Positions 53,511-63,174 of a stretch of DNA of 64,000 nucleotides are shown in pieces. Location: assembly GCA_963667465.2 (NCBI GenBank), contig CAXXDN010000002.1:1408001-1472000 (forward strand). The letters are read 5' to 3'. Made by a program: the position numbers and the translations under genes. How positions within the stretch are numbered: position 1 is the first letter of the stretch; each line of letters opens with the position of its first letter. The stretch is from Dehalococcoidia bacterium. GTDB lineage: Bacteria; Chloroflexota; Dehalococcoidia; UBA2979. The notes under the pieces were generated by a model that saw nothing but the letters and a program-made list of their open reading frames with translations, was not told the DNA's origin and searched no databases.

Positions 53511-54548
53511 CTAGCGCTCGATGATCTCGAGGAAGCCGGGGCCGTCGTCGCGCGCGAGCTGCCCGAACGTGCAGTCCCCGGGATCCTTGTCGGGGCGGAA
53601 GCGCTCGAAGCGGGTGGCGTGGCGGAAGCGCCCACCGCTGATCTGGTCGTAGCTGACCTCCACGACGATCTCCGGCCTTACTGGCGTCCACGAGGTGTCG
53701 CGACCGCCGCTCCAGCGGCTCTCCGCGCCGGGCCGGCGCGCCTCCTCGCCAAAGCTGTCCCCGGCGGCCAGCGCCGAGAACTCCTCCAGCAGCGCGACCC
53801 GCTGCTCGTCCGGGAAGCCCGAGGTGTGGCCGACGAAGTGCATCGCCCCGGCCTCGTCGTAGAGCCCGAGCAGCAGCGAGCCGAGGCGGTCGCCCCGCTT
53901 GTGCAGCCGGTAGCCGCCGACCACAGCGTCGACGCTGCGGCGGCGCTTGATCTTCAACAGCTCGCGCTTGCCCGCGACGTAGCGCCCGTCGAGGCGCTTC
54001 GCGACGATGCCGTCGCAGCCGGCCGCCTCGAACTCCTCGAACCAGTGGCGCGCGGTCTCCGCGTCCTCCGTCGAGGGCGTGAGCCGCCACAGCTCCTCGA
54101 GGCCGCCGAGCAGCGCGGCGAGGCGCGCTCGGCGCTCGGCGAAGGGCTGCTCGCGCAGGTCCTCGCCCTCGTGGGCCAGCAGGTCGAAGGCAACGAGGCA
54201 GGCGGGCGTCTCCTCCGCGAGCCTCGTGATGCGCGACGCGGCGGGGTGGACGCGCTGCTGGAGCGCGTCGAAGTCGCTCGCATCGCCGATCACGACCAAC
54301 ACCTCGGCGTCGACGATGGTGCCCGAGGGCAGGGCCTCGAGGGCGGGCGCAAGCTCCGGGAAGTAGCGCAGCAGCGGTTTCCGGTTGCGGCTGTCGAGGC
54401 GCGCCTCGTGCGTCCCGCTGTCGGACCAGGCGAGGGCGCGGAAGCCGTCCCACTTGGGCTCGTAGGCCCAGCCGGGCGGCTCCGGCATGCGCTCGCGGAC
54501 GCGCGCCTCCATCGGGCTGATCGGTGGTTCGAATGGCCAGTCGGGCAT
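53511..54548 (-). CDS. ligC: ATP-dependent DNA ligase, LigC-like
   Basis: YEPKWDGFR, SRN, AFDLL, DGIVAK, LGSLLLGLY, RFRH...RPDK. Confidence 0.88.
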   Translation of the reverse strand: MPDWPFEPPISPMEARVRERMPEPPGWAYEPKWDGFRALAWSDSGTHEARLDSRNRKPLLRYFPELAPALEALPSGTIVDAEVLVVIGDASDFDALQQRVHPAASRITRLAEETPACLVAFDLLAHEGEDLREQPFAERRARLAALLGGLEELWRLTPSTEDAETARHWFEEFEAAGCDGIVAKRLDGRYVAGKRELLKIKRRRSVDAVVGGYRLHKRGDRLGSLLLGLYDEAGAMHFVGHTSGFPDEQRVALLEEFSALAAGDSFGEEARRPGAESRWSGGRDTSWTPVRPEIVVEVSYDQISGGRFRHATRFERFRPDKDPGDCTFGQLARDDGPGFLEIIER

Positions 54549-54636
54549 GGCGGGACGGTAGCACGCTCGCGGGTGCTTGACGGGCGGGCGGCGGCCCTGT
54601 TCTATTGGAGTTGCAGGGAGCCGACGGGTTCCCGCG

Positions 54637-54780
54637 ACGCAGCCGAACCTCGTTCGCGGATGGGACGGGGGCGGGGGAACCAACCGCAGGGGTGAATCCG
54701 GTGGCAACGAGGCGCTGAGCGGCCTCGCGCCCCCGGTAGGCGACCTAAGCGCCGAACCCGTCAGCTAACCCCGCAGGCGC
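54637..54780 (+). ncRNA. c-di-AMP (ydaO/yuaA) riboswitch
   Basis: Conserved blocks GCCGAA, GGGGGAACCA, GGGGTGAAT, CCGAACCCGTCAGCTAACCCCG.AGGC in the expected order, upstream of a CDS. Confidence 0.85.
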
Positions 54781-54909
54781 ACTTGGGGCGGCCCCCGCAG
54801 GGCCTGTCCGGCGCACAGCGCCCGGCAGGCAATCACGGTCGTTCCGGTATCGCCAACCCAGCACGTCGTGCGGCGTACCGCCGCGCGCGCAGCGATAGAG
54901 GAGGCCGCA

Positions 54910-56349
54910 ATGGCTATCGAGTCCCCCACCCAGCTTTCAGCCGTCCTGCCCGGCAACGGCGCGGCAGCCGAGGCCGCGGAAATCCTCGAGGAGCCGTACG
55001 AGGCGATCAACATCCGCAACTTCGAGAAGGTGCCGCAGATCCAGGGCATCGCCGAGGAGCTGCGCCAGGACATCCGTGTCGTCGCCCAGGTGCTGCCGTT
55101 CAAGTCCAACCGCTACGTGATGGACCACCTGATCGACTGGGACCGCGTGCCGGAAGACCCGATGTTCCGGCTCACCTTCCCGCAGCGCGACATGCTCGAC
55201 CCGGAGCACTACGACCAGATGGCCTCGCTGCTGGCAAGCGGCGCGGACAACGCCGAGGTGCGGGCGGCCGCGAACGAGATCCGGCTGACGCTCAACCCGC
55301 ACCCTGCCGGGCAGATGGAGCACAACGTGCCCATGCTCAACGGCAAGCCGCTGCAAGGCATGCAGCACAAGTACCGCGAGACCGTGCTGTTCTTCCCCAG
55401 CCAGGGGCAGACCTGCCACGCCTACTGCACGTTCTGCTTCCGCTGGCCGCAGTTCGTCGGCATGGAGGGCCTCAAGTTCGCGATGCGCGAGGGCGAGTTG
55501 CTGCGCGACTATGTCGAGGAGCACCCCGAGATCAGCGACATCCTCTTCACCGGCGGTGACCCGCTGATCATGAAGACACGGATCCTGCGCGGCTACATCG
55601 AGCCGCTGCTGGAGCCCGGCCGCGCCCCGAACATCTCGACGATTCGCATCGGCTCGAAGGCGCTCGCCTACTGGCCGCACCGCCTGATCTCCGACGACGA
55701 CGCCGATGAGCTGCTGGAGCTGTTCCGCAAGGTGGTCGCCTCCGGCCGCCAGCTGGCGATGATGTCGCACTTCAACCACCCCGTTGAGGTCGAGGCGCCG
55801 CCCGCCCTCGAGGCGATCCGCGTGCTGCGCGAGACCGGAGCGCAGATTCGGACCCAGACGCCGCTGCTGAAGCACATCAACGACGACCCGGACGCGCTCG
55901 CCCGGATGTGGCGGCTGCAGGCCCAGACGGGCTGCATCCCCTACTACCTCTTCGTGGCGCGCGACACCGGCGCGAAGCGCTACTTCGAGCTGCCGCTCTG
56001 GCGCTGCTGGGAGATCTTCCGCGAGGCCTACTCGAAGGTCAGCGGAGTCGCCCGCACCGTGCGCGGGCCCAGCATGTCGGCCACGCCCGGCAAGGTGCAG
56101 GTGCTCGGCGTCACCAGAGCGGCAGGCGAGCGCGTGATGGTGCTGCGCATGCTGCAGGGCCGCAACCCGGACTGGGTCGGCCGCCCCTTCTTTGCCCGCT
56201 ACAGTGAGACCGCGAGTTGGCTCGATGAGCTCGAGCCGGCCTTCGGTGACAGCGAGTTCTTCTACGACCGCGAACTGAACGAGCTGCTCGGTGGCGGCGG
56301 CAGCCCCTGGTCCAAGGACGAACTCTCACTGCCGCTCGTCGGCGGCTAG
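54910..56349 (+). CDS. KamA-family radical SAM 2,3-aminomutase (lysine 2,3-aminomutase-like)
   Basis: HKYRETVL, CHAYCTFC (CxxxCxxC), FTGGDP, HFNHP, PYY, MSATPGK; GAGGAGG RBS. Confidence 0.88.
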   Translation: MAIESPTQLSAVLPGNGAAAEAAEILEEPYEAINIRNFEKVPQIQGIAEELRQDIRVVAQVLPFKSNRYVMDHLIDWDRVPEDPMFRLTFPQRDMLDPEHYDQMASLLASGADNAEVRAAANEIRLTLNPHPAGQMEHNVPMLNGKPLQGMQHKYRETVLFFPSQGQTCHAYCTFCFRWPQFVGMEGLKFAMREGELLRDYVEEHPEISDILFTGGDPLIMKTRILRGYIEPLLEPGRAPNISTIRIGSKALAYWPHRLISDDDADELLELFRKVVASGRQLAMMSHFNHPVEVEAPPALEAIRVLRETGAQIRTQTPLLKHINDDPDALARMWRLQAQTGCIPYYLFVARDTGAKRYFELPLWRCWEIFREAYSKVSGVARTVRGPSMSATPGKVQVLGVTRAAGERVMVLRMLQGRNPDWVGRPFFARYSETASWLDELEPAFGDSEFFYDRELNELLGGGGSPWSKDELSLPLVGG

Positions 56350-56379
56350 CAGCGAGGCGCGCGACAGGGCCGGGCGAGG

Positions 56380-56763
56380 CTAGACGGGCGCGGCCCCTTC
56401 GGGGCCGCTACCCTCGCCTGAGCCGGCGATCGCCTCCGGCAGCTCCAGTTCGATACCGGTCGAGCCCGAGCCGGGTCCGCGCGGCTCGTGGCGCTCGAAG
56501 CGGCCGATCGGGATCGCCGGCATCGTCGTGATGTGCGCGCCGGCGCGCACGCCCAGCTCGAGCGAGAAGTTCGCGATCGACTCGTTGTCGCCGGCCTCGA
56601 CGACGCTCACGAAGTCGTACTCCCCGAGCACACCGTAGAGACCGAGCGTCTCGACGCCCTCGGCCTGGATCTCCGCCTCGATGCGCAGCAGGCGCTCGGG
56701 ATCCTCGAGCGAAGCCGCCCGGCCCTCGGGCGTCATCGTCAGCAGCAGGAAGTACGTCGCCAT
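56380..56763 (-). CDS. GYD domain-containing protein
   Basis: MATYFLLLTMTPEG...LGEYDFVSVVEA...TTMPA. Confidence 0.75.
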   Translation of the reverse strand: MATYFLLLTMTPEGRAASLEDPERLLRIEAEIQAEGVETLGLYGVLGEYDFVSVVEAGDNESIANFSLELGVRAGAHITTMPAIPIGRFERHEPRGPGSGSTGIELELPEAIAGSGEGSGPEGAAPV

Positions 56764-56906
56764 CGCCAGCTCCTCGTCGCCGGGCGCATTCTGACACGTC
56801 GCCTGCAGCGTTGCCTACGAGACAACCCGACGAGCCGCGGGGGCGCGGTATCATCGCCACGCGTCACCGTCGGCGAGACCGGACGGGGCGCACGGAGGAG
56901 GCCCGG

Positions 56907-58025
56907 ATGCGCTTCGGCGGTTTCAGCTTCGGCTCCTGGCATGAGAGCGAGAGCCACGGCGAGGTCCTCGCGCAGCTGGTCGAGCTCGCGGTGCAGTCCG
57001 ACCGCCTCGGCCTCGACAGCTTCTGGCTCGGCGAGCACCACTTCTCGCGTCACGGCATCCTCGCCGACACGATGGTGATGGCCGCTCACATCGCCGCGCG
57101 CACGGAGCGCATTCGCATCGGCACGGCGGTGATCGTGCTGCCGCTGCACAATCCCGTGCGCGTCGCCGAGCAGGTGGCGATCGTCGATCACCTCAGCCGC
57201 GGTCGCGTCGACGTGGGCGTCGGCATCGGCTACCAGCAACGCGAGTTCGCCGGCCTCGGCGTCGACATCGACGAAGCGCGTGCGCGCTTCATCGAGAGCC
57301 TCGACGTGCTGGTGGGCGCCTGGACCGACGAGCCGCTGGTCTACGAGGGCGCGCACCTGCGCATCGCCGCCGAGGACGCGATCACGGTCTACCCGAAGCC
57401 GCTGCAGCAGCCACACCCGCCGATCTACCAGGCCGTCAGCACCACCCCGGCCAGCATCGACCTCGCGGCGAGCCGCGGGCTGCCCGTCATCGTCGGCGGC
57501 CCGACCGACGTCCTCGGCCGCGCGCCCGAGGTGATCGCACACTGGCGCGAGCGGATGCGCGCACATGGCCGCGACCCCGAGGGCCACGACCTGCCCTGCC
57601 TGCAAAACGTCTTCGTCGCCGAGAGCGACGAGGCCGCGCATGCCGAACTCGAGCGCGTCGACGCCTCGTGGAGCCTGCGCGTCCTGCGCGAGGTCGGCTC
57701 GCCGATCGGGCACGACGGCAAGGTGCCGGAGGGCTACGAGCACTGGGTGCAGCGCTGGCAGCAGCGCGAGCTCGCCAGCGGCGACGCCGCTCGCACCGAC
57801 GTCCCGCAGCTCTTCGGATCGCCAGACACGGTCGCGGGGCAGGTGCAGGCGCTGCGCGACCAGGGCGTCGAGCACATCTTTGGGCGCTTCACCATCCCCG
57901 GCGTCCCGTTCGAACGGGTCCAGCGCTCACTCGAGCTGTTCGCGACGGAGGTCGCGCCGCGCTTCCGCGACGGCCGGCCCGCTCCGGCGCCCGCAGCCAT
58001 CGAGGCCGGCGCGGCGCCCGGCTAG
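56907..58025 (+). CDS. LLM class flavin-dependent oxidoreductase
   Basis: WLGEHHF, IGTAVIVLPLHNPVRVAE, PKPLQQPHPP. Confidence 0.9.
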   Translation: MRFGGFSFGSWHESESHGEVLAQLVELAVQSDRLGLDSFWLGEHHFSRHGILADTMVMAAHIAARTERIRIGTAVIVLPLHNPVRVAEQVAIVDHLSRGRVDVGVGIGYQQREFAGLGVDIDEARARFIESLDVLVGAWTDEPLVYEGAHLRIAAEDAITVYPKPLQQPHPPIYQAVSTTPASIDLAASRGLPVIVGGPTDVLGRAPEVIAHWRERMRAHGRDPEGHDLPCLQNVFVAESDEAAHAELERVDASWSLRVLREVGSPIGHDGKVPEGYEHWVQRWQQRELASGDAARTDVPQLFGSPDTVAGQVQALRDQGVEHIFGRFTIPGVPFERVQRSLELFATEVAPRFRDGRPAPAPAAIEAGAAPG

Positions 58026-58083
58026 CGATGACCGGGTAGCGACGCCCGGCCAGGGGCGCCTGACCAGGAGAGGAGCGGCCTCG

Positions 58084-59049
58084 ATGCGTTACGTGGTCAC
58101 GGGAGGCACGGGCTTCGTTGGTGCGTACGTCGTGCGCGACCTGCTGAGGGCTGGGCACAACGTCACCGTCTACGACCTCCAGCCCAACCTCGCGTTCCTC
58201 GAGGATGTGCTCGGCGAGCCGCCGCACGACGTGCGCGTCGTCTCCGGCGACGTGCGCGACCTGCCGCTGCTGCTGCGCACCTTCCGCGAGGCGCAGCCGG
58301 AGCGCGTCGTGCACCTCGCCTCGACGCTCGGCGCGGGCAGCGAGTTCAACCCGCTGCGCACGGTGCAGGTCAACATCGAGGGCACGATCCACGTCTTCGA
58401 GGCGGCGCTCGAAGCAGGCGCGGAGAAGGTCGTGTGGGCCAGCTCGATCGCCGTCTTCGGGCCGACCAGCGTGCGCTCCGGCGAGGGCATCGCGAACGAC
58501 GACTACCACGCTCCGGTGCGCCTCTACGGCGCGTGCAAGACCTTCCTCGAGCAGCTCACCCTCAACTACCGGCGCGAGCGGCAGCTCGACGCGGTCGGCC
58601 TGCGCTTCTCGATCGTCTACGGCTACGGCAAGGCGCTGACGGTCGAGCGCGGCAGCCGCGCCGTACACCTCACGGAGCTGATCGAGAAGCCGGCGATGGA
58701 CGAGCCCGCCGAGGTGCCCTACGGCGACGACGTGCAGAACCTCGTCTACGTCGAGGACGTCGCGCGCGCCGCCGTGCTCGCGAGCCAGACGCTCGGCACC
58801 GAGCCGGCCGGGCTCACCGTCGGCGGCGAGGACGTGGTCGTGCGAGACGCCGCCGCGATCGTACAGAAGCTGATGCCGGACGCGCAGATCACGGTGCTGC
58901 CCGGCATGCGCGACGGCTCGGCGGGCTACGACCTCTCGACGACCAGGGAGCAGATCGGCTACGAGCCGGCGTTCTCGCTGCGCGAGGGGCTGCGCCGCAC
59001 GATCAACGCGCTGCGCCTCAAGGCGGGCCTCCCGCAGATCGAGGCGTAG
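58084..59049 (+). CDS. NAD-dependent epimerase/dehydratase family protein
   Basis: TGGTGFVG, HLA, ASS, YGACK, VEDVA. Confidence 0.9.
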   Translation: MRYVVTGGTGFVGAYVVRDLLRAGHNVTVYDLQPNLAFLEDVLGEPPHDVRVVSGDVRDLPLLLRTFREAQPERVVHLASTLGAGSEFNPLRTVQVNIEGTIHVFEAALEAGAEKVVWASSIAVFGPTSVRSGEGIANDDYHAPVRLYGACKTFLEQLTLNYRRERQLDAVGLRFSIVYGYGKALTVERGSRAVHLTELIEKPAMDEPAEVPYGDDVQNLVYVEDVARAAVLASQTLGTEPAGLTVGGEDVVVRDAAAIVQKLMPDAQITVLPGMRDGSAGYDLSTTREQIGYEPAFSLREGLRRTINALRLKAGLPQIEA

Positions 59050-59086
59050 CCAGCCTGCGACGAGCACGCGGAGACGGGAGGCGACC

Positions 59087-59767
59087 GTGGCAGCCGCCGA
59101 GTGGGGATACGCGGGGCCAATCGGGCCGGCGCACTGGGCGTCGCTGTCCGAGGCCTACGCAGCATGTGGCGGCGAGCAACAGTCGCCGGTGGACATCACC
59201 GGCTACGAGCGCGGCAACCGCGGTCCGCTCTCCTTCTCGTACGACGGTGACGCCTCCGCCGTGCGCAACGACGGCAAGGCCGTGCACGTGGACTTCGAGG
59301 CGGGGAACACCCTGACGTCGGGCGACCGCACCTACGAACTGGCGTCGCTGCACATGCACGCGCCCTCGGAGCACCGCGTCGAGGGGGCGGACTTCGCGGC
59401 CGAGCTGCACCTGGTCCACACCGACGCCGCCGACGACTTCGCGGTCGTGGCGCTGCTCTTCGAGCCAGGCGAGGCCAGCCCGATCGTGCAGGCGATCCTC
59501 GATGCCGCACCGGCGACGGGTGAGACCGTCAGCGGGGGCGTCGCCCTCAACGCGGCGGCCTTCGTCCCCGGGGGTGCGGCCTGCTACCACTACGACGGAT
59601 CGAAGACGACGCCGCCCTGCGACGAGGGCGTTGCCTGGCACGTCATGCACGACCCGCTGACAATCTCACAGGCGCAGGTCGACGCGCTGCTTGCCCTCGG
59701 TGGCGGGCCCACGAACCGCCCCATCCAGCCGCTCGGCGACCGCCGGATCGTGCTCGGGGACGCCTAA
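59087..59767 (+). CDS. Alpha-class carbonic anhydrase
   Basis: WGY, QSPVDI, HMHAPSEH, ELHLVH, GSKTTPPC, NRPIQP. Confidence 0.92.
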   Translation: MAAAEWGYAGPIGPAHWASLSEAYAACGGEQQSPVDITGYERGNRGPLSFSYDGDASAVRNDGKAVHVDFEAGNTLTSGDRTYELASLHMHAPSEHRVEGADFAAELHLVHTDAADDFAVVALLFEPGEASPIVQAILDAAPATGETVSGGVALNAAAFVPGGAACYHYDGSKTTPPCDEGVAWHVMHDPLTISQAQVDALLALGGGPTNRPIQPLGDRRIVLGDA

Positions 59768-60762
59768 CTCGCGGCCGCCGCCTTCTCCTCCTCGACCATG
59801 CGCTCGAGGTCCTCGAGGGTGAGCGCGCCCGGCTGCTTGTGCTCGCGCGCCATCCACGCCGAGGCGCGCTGGATCACGCGGTTGTAGGGCGTGGGTACGC
59901 CGGCGCCGATGCCGATCATCACGATCTCGCCGTTCAGGTAGTCCGTCTCGATCGTGCCTGTGGCGCGGATCAAGCTCTGCCAGCTCGAGTTGCCGAGCCG
60001 CGGGCTGTCGCCGATCGCCTCGGTCACGTAACCGTCCACGTCGCGGTGCTCCGCCTCCTCGGCCGGGCTGGCATAGTCGAGGTTTGCCGCGTCGTAGACC
60101 ATGAGCGCCTCCTTCACCAGCGCTCGCCGGAAGTCGTCCACGTCCACGTCGATACCGACGCAGCCGACGAGGCCGTTCGCGAGGTTGCGGATCAGCTTGG
60201 CGTACTTCCAGCGGGTGATCCGCGGCTCGACGCGCGAGGCGAAGTTGCAGCAGCGCAGGTCCTCGGAGACCTGCTCGATCAGTTCATCGCTGCCCTCCGG
60301 GTAGCGCCCGACGTCGAGCAGGCCACCGACAGGCCGGGCGTGGTTCTCGATCACGCCCGCCTCGAGGTAGGTGCCGGGCAGGCGGGCGACCATGCCGTAG
60401 ACGCGCGGGAAGCGGCGCAACGCACGGCGCTCGTTCTCGACGCCGTTCTGCGCGCAGATGATCGGCGGCTCGATCCCGCCCGTTGACGCCTCGAGGTCGA
60501 GCAGGGCGCCCTCGGTGTCCTGTGTCTTCATCCCGAGGATCACGACGTCGTCCCCGGTCCACTCGATCTCGTTCGGGTGGCCGACGGCGGGGATCTGCAG
60601 ATTGATCGTCCCGAGGTCGTGGGTGACGAACTCCAGGCCCCGCTCCTGGATCGCAGTCAGGTGGTCGCCGCGGCAGATCAGCACGGTGTCGTGCCCGCCG
60701 TGGAAGAGCCGGGCGCCAATCGTGGCGCCGACGCCTCCGGCGCCGTAGATGATGTAACGCAC
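59764..60762 (-). CDS. Ketopantoate reductase (PanE/ApbA) family protein
   Basis: GAGGVG, QNG, WKYAKL..N, SSWQS, ETDYLNGEIV. Confidence 0.82.
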   Translation of the reverse strand: MRYIIYGAGGVGATIGARLFHGGHDTVLICRGDHLTAIQERGLEFVTHDLGTINLQIPAVGHPNEIEWTGDDVVILGMKTQDTEGALLDLEASTGGIEPPIICAQNGVENERRALRRFPRVYGMVARLPGTYLEAGVIENHARPVGGLLDVGRYPEGSDELIEQVSEDLRCCNFASRVEPRITRWKYAKLIRNLANGLVGCVGIDVDVDDFRRALVKEALMVYDAANLDYASPAEEAEHRDVDGYVTEAIGDSPRLGNSSWQSLIRATGTIETDYLNGEIVMIGIGAGVPTPYNRVIQRASAWMAREHKQPGALTLEDLERMVEEEKAAAAS

Positions 60763-60785
60763 GCTTTCGCTCCCTTCCGTCGCCG

Positions 60786-63068
60786 CTAGCTGGCGACGAC
60801 GCCGTCGACGGCGATCACGCCCTCGGCCAGCAGGCGTTCGTAGTCCTCGGCGAGGCCGCGCGCCTCCAGTACCTCCCGCGCGTCCGAGCCCGGCTTGGAG
60901 GCCGGATCGCCGGGCTCCGGAGGCGTGCGCGAGAGCCGCGGTGAGGGGCCGTTGGTGGTGACGAGGCCGATCTCCGCGTGTTCGCGCGTGAGGCTCAGCC
61001 CGTGCTCCTGTACCCACTCGTCGGTCATCAGCTCGCGCACGGTCCGTACCGGCGCCGCGCCGGCGCCGACTGCCGTCAGCCGCTCCGTCCACTCATCCGC
61101 CGTCGCCTGCGCGATGCGCTTGGCGAGGAACTCGCGGAGCGCATCGCCATCGAGTCCCGCGGCGCCCTCGAGGCCTGCGACCTCGCCGATCGCGGGCAAC
61201 TGGCCGGCCGTCGCGCCGAGGAAGAGCCAACGGTCGCTGGCGCGGTAAAGGTGCTGGAGCGGGTTCCAGCCGAGCGCTTCCTGGCCGCGCGGCTCGTCCC
61301 AGACCTTGCCCTCGTAGTCCTGGAAGAACGGCGACTGGAGCGTGCAGGCCGTGTAGGCGAGCGCGGCCTTGACGTGCTGGCCTTCGCCGCTGCGCTGGCG
61401 ATGGAACAGAGCCAGCGCGACGCCGTAGGCGCCCATCAGCCCGGTGCCGTAGTCGTTGATCGGGAAGGGCTGGCGGTATGGCCGGTCGCTCGCGAAGCGC
61501 GCCTGCATCCCCGACGCCGCCTGCGCGAGCTGCTCCCAGCCGGGGCGCTCCTCCCACGGTCCCTCGTGCCCGTAGGCGTTGATCGAAGCGTAGACGACGT
61601 TCGGGTTGCGCCGGCGCAGCTCCTCATAGTCCAGGCCCAGCACCTCGATGCGGCCGCCGCGCAGGTTCTGGACGACCACGTCTGCTTCCTCGGCGAGCTT
61701 CCAGAACAGCTCGCGGCCCTCCCCGGTCTTGAGGTCCAGCAGCATGCTCTGCTTGCCGCGGTTGACGTCGTTGTGCATGCGCACGCCGCCGGCGCGGTTC
61801 GGGTCATCGATCTTCACGACCTCGGCCCCGAACTCGGCGAGCGTCCGCCCGCAGGTGGGCCCGGCGAGGATGATGCAGAGGTCGAGCACCTTGAGGCCCT
61901 CGAGGGCCTTGTGCAGCAGCCGCGTCTGCGGCGGGGACGCCGGCTCCGGCGCGGCCTCGAGCCAGGGGCCGAGCACCTCGTCGCGGTCCGCGTCGGGCGC
62001 CGGGGCGGCGCTCCGGACCTCGCCCGGCGATCCGTAGAGACGAGGGTTTACCCCCGGCTGCAGCATCGTGCCGTACCCGGGGTCCTCCACCTCGACGACC
62101 TGCTTCGAGGCGCGCGCGTGCTCCTCGCGCATCCACTCGCTGGCCTCGTAGATCACCGAGCAGCAGACGAGGGCGTCGTTGACGAACTGCTCCCACTCCT
62201 TCGCCGTGCGCGTCTTCATGAGCGCTTCCATGCGCCGCAGCAGCTCCGCGCTCTTCTCCGGGTCCTTCGCGACCTCCTCGCTGAGGTGCAGGCCTTCCTC
62301 GCGCCAGGCGCCGAGGCCGGCCTTGTCGATGAAGCGGTCGACGAAGCGCTGGTTGGCGGCGTGGAACTGGATCCAGCGGCCATCGCTGCACTCGTACTGC
62401 CGCACCCAGCCGGCGGAGCGCTCGGGCGCGCGCTTCGCGGGGTCGTGCACGCGCAGGCCGCTCGACCCGATCGCCGCGAAGGTCGCGTCGAAGAGCGGCG
62501 CCTCGATACGCTGCCCGGCGCCGTCGCGCTCGCGCGCGTTGAGCGCCATCGCAATCGAGACCACACCGAGGAAGGCGCCGTACGAGGACGAGATCGGGAT
62601 GGCCGTCACCACGGGGTTGTCAGCGCGCGCGAGGCCGTCGCCGGCATTCGTGTAGCTGGCGGTCGCCGCGCCGACCACGCCCTCCCAGGCGGCCACGCCG
62701 GCGCGCGGATCGTCGGCGGCGAAGCCGGGAATCGAGCAGTAGATCAGCCGCGGGTTGGCCTCGATCAGCGCGTCCGCGCCGAGGCCAAGGCGGTCCATGA
62801 CGCCGGGCCGGAAGTTCTCGATCAGCACGTCGGCGCTCGCCACGAGCCGCCGCGCGGTCTCGAGGTCCTCCGCGTCCTTGAGGTCGAGCGTGATGCTGCG
62901 CTTGGCGCGGTTCCAGGTAGCGTTGGCCGGGGTGTCCCAGCGCGGGCCGCCGGGCGGGTCGATCTTGACCACGTCGGCGCCCTGATCGGCGAGCAGCATC
63001 CCCGCGAGCGGTCCCGCGATGTAGTGCCCGAAGTCGACGACGCGAATGCCGTCCAGTGCCCCTGCCAT
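60786..63068 (-). CDS. Double-domain CaiB/BaiF CoA transferase
   Basis: Two repeats of L.G..V.D....AGP...GA.VVKID...NR.K. Confidence 0.9.
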   Translation of the reverse strand: MAGALDGIRVVDFGHYIAGPLAGMLLADQGADVVKIDPPGGPRWDTPANATWNRAKRSITLDLKDAEDLETARRLVASADVLIENFRPGVMDRLGLGADALIEANPRLIYCSIPGFAADDPRAGVAAWEGVVGAATASYTNAGDGLARADNPVVTAIPISSSYGAFLGVVSIAMALNARERDGAGQRIEAPLFDATFAAIGSSGLRVHDPAKRAPERSAGWVRQYECSDGRWIQFHAANQRFVDRFIDKAGLGAWREEGLHLSEEVAKDPEKSAELLRRMEALMKTRTAKEWEQFVNDALVCCSVIYEASEWMREEHARASKQVVEVEDPGYGTMLQPGVNPRLYGSPGEVRSAAPAPDADRDEVLGPWLEAAPEPASPPQTRLLHKALEGLKVLDLCIILAGPTCGRTLAEFGAEVVKIDDPNRAGGVRMHNDVNRGKQSMLLDLKTGEGRELFWKLAEEADVVVQNLRGGRIEVLGLDYEELRRRNPNVVYASINAYGHEGPWEERPGWEQLAQAASGMQARFASDRPYRQPFPINDYGTGLMGAYGVALALFHRQRSGEGQHVKAALAYTACTLQSPFFQDYEGKVWDEPRGQEALGWNPLQHLYRASDRWLFLGATAGQLPAIGEVAGLEGAAGLDGDALREFLAKRIAQATADEWTERLTAVGAGAAPVRTVRELMTDEWVQEHGLSLTREHAEIGLVTTNGPSPRLSRTPPEPGDPASKPGSDAREVLEARGLAEDYERLLAEGVIAVDGVVAS

Positions 63069-63174
63069 GGTGCTCCCCTCTCGCCGTTGCGAGCCCGCCG
63101 TGCCTCGCCCGCGCACTATAGCCCCCCCTGGCAGGCGCTTAGCGCAGCGGCGCAAAGTAGGACTCAGCGAGGCG

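Noticed and set aside
60786-63068. Double-length CoA transferase as a novelty
   Set aside because: Tandem CaiB/BaiF fusions are already known
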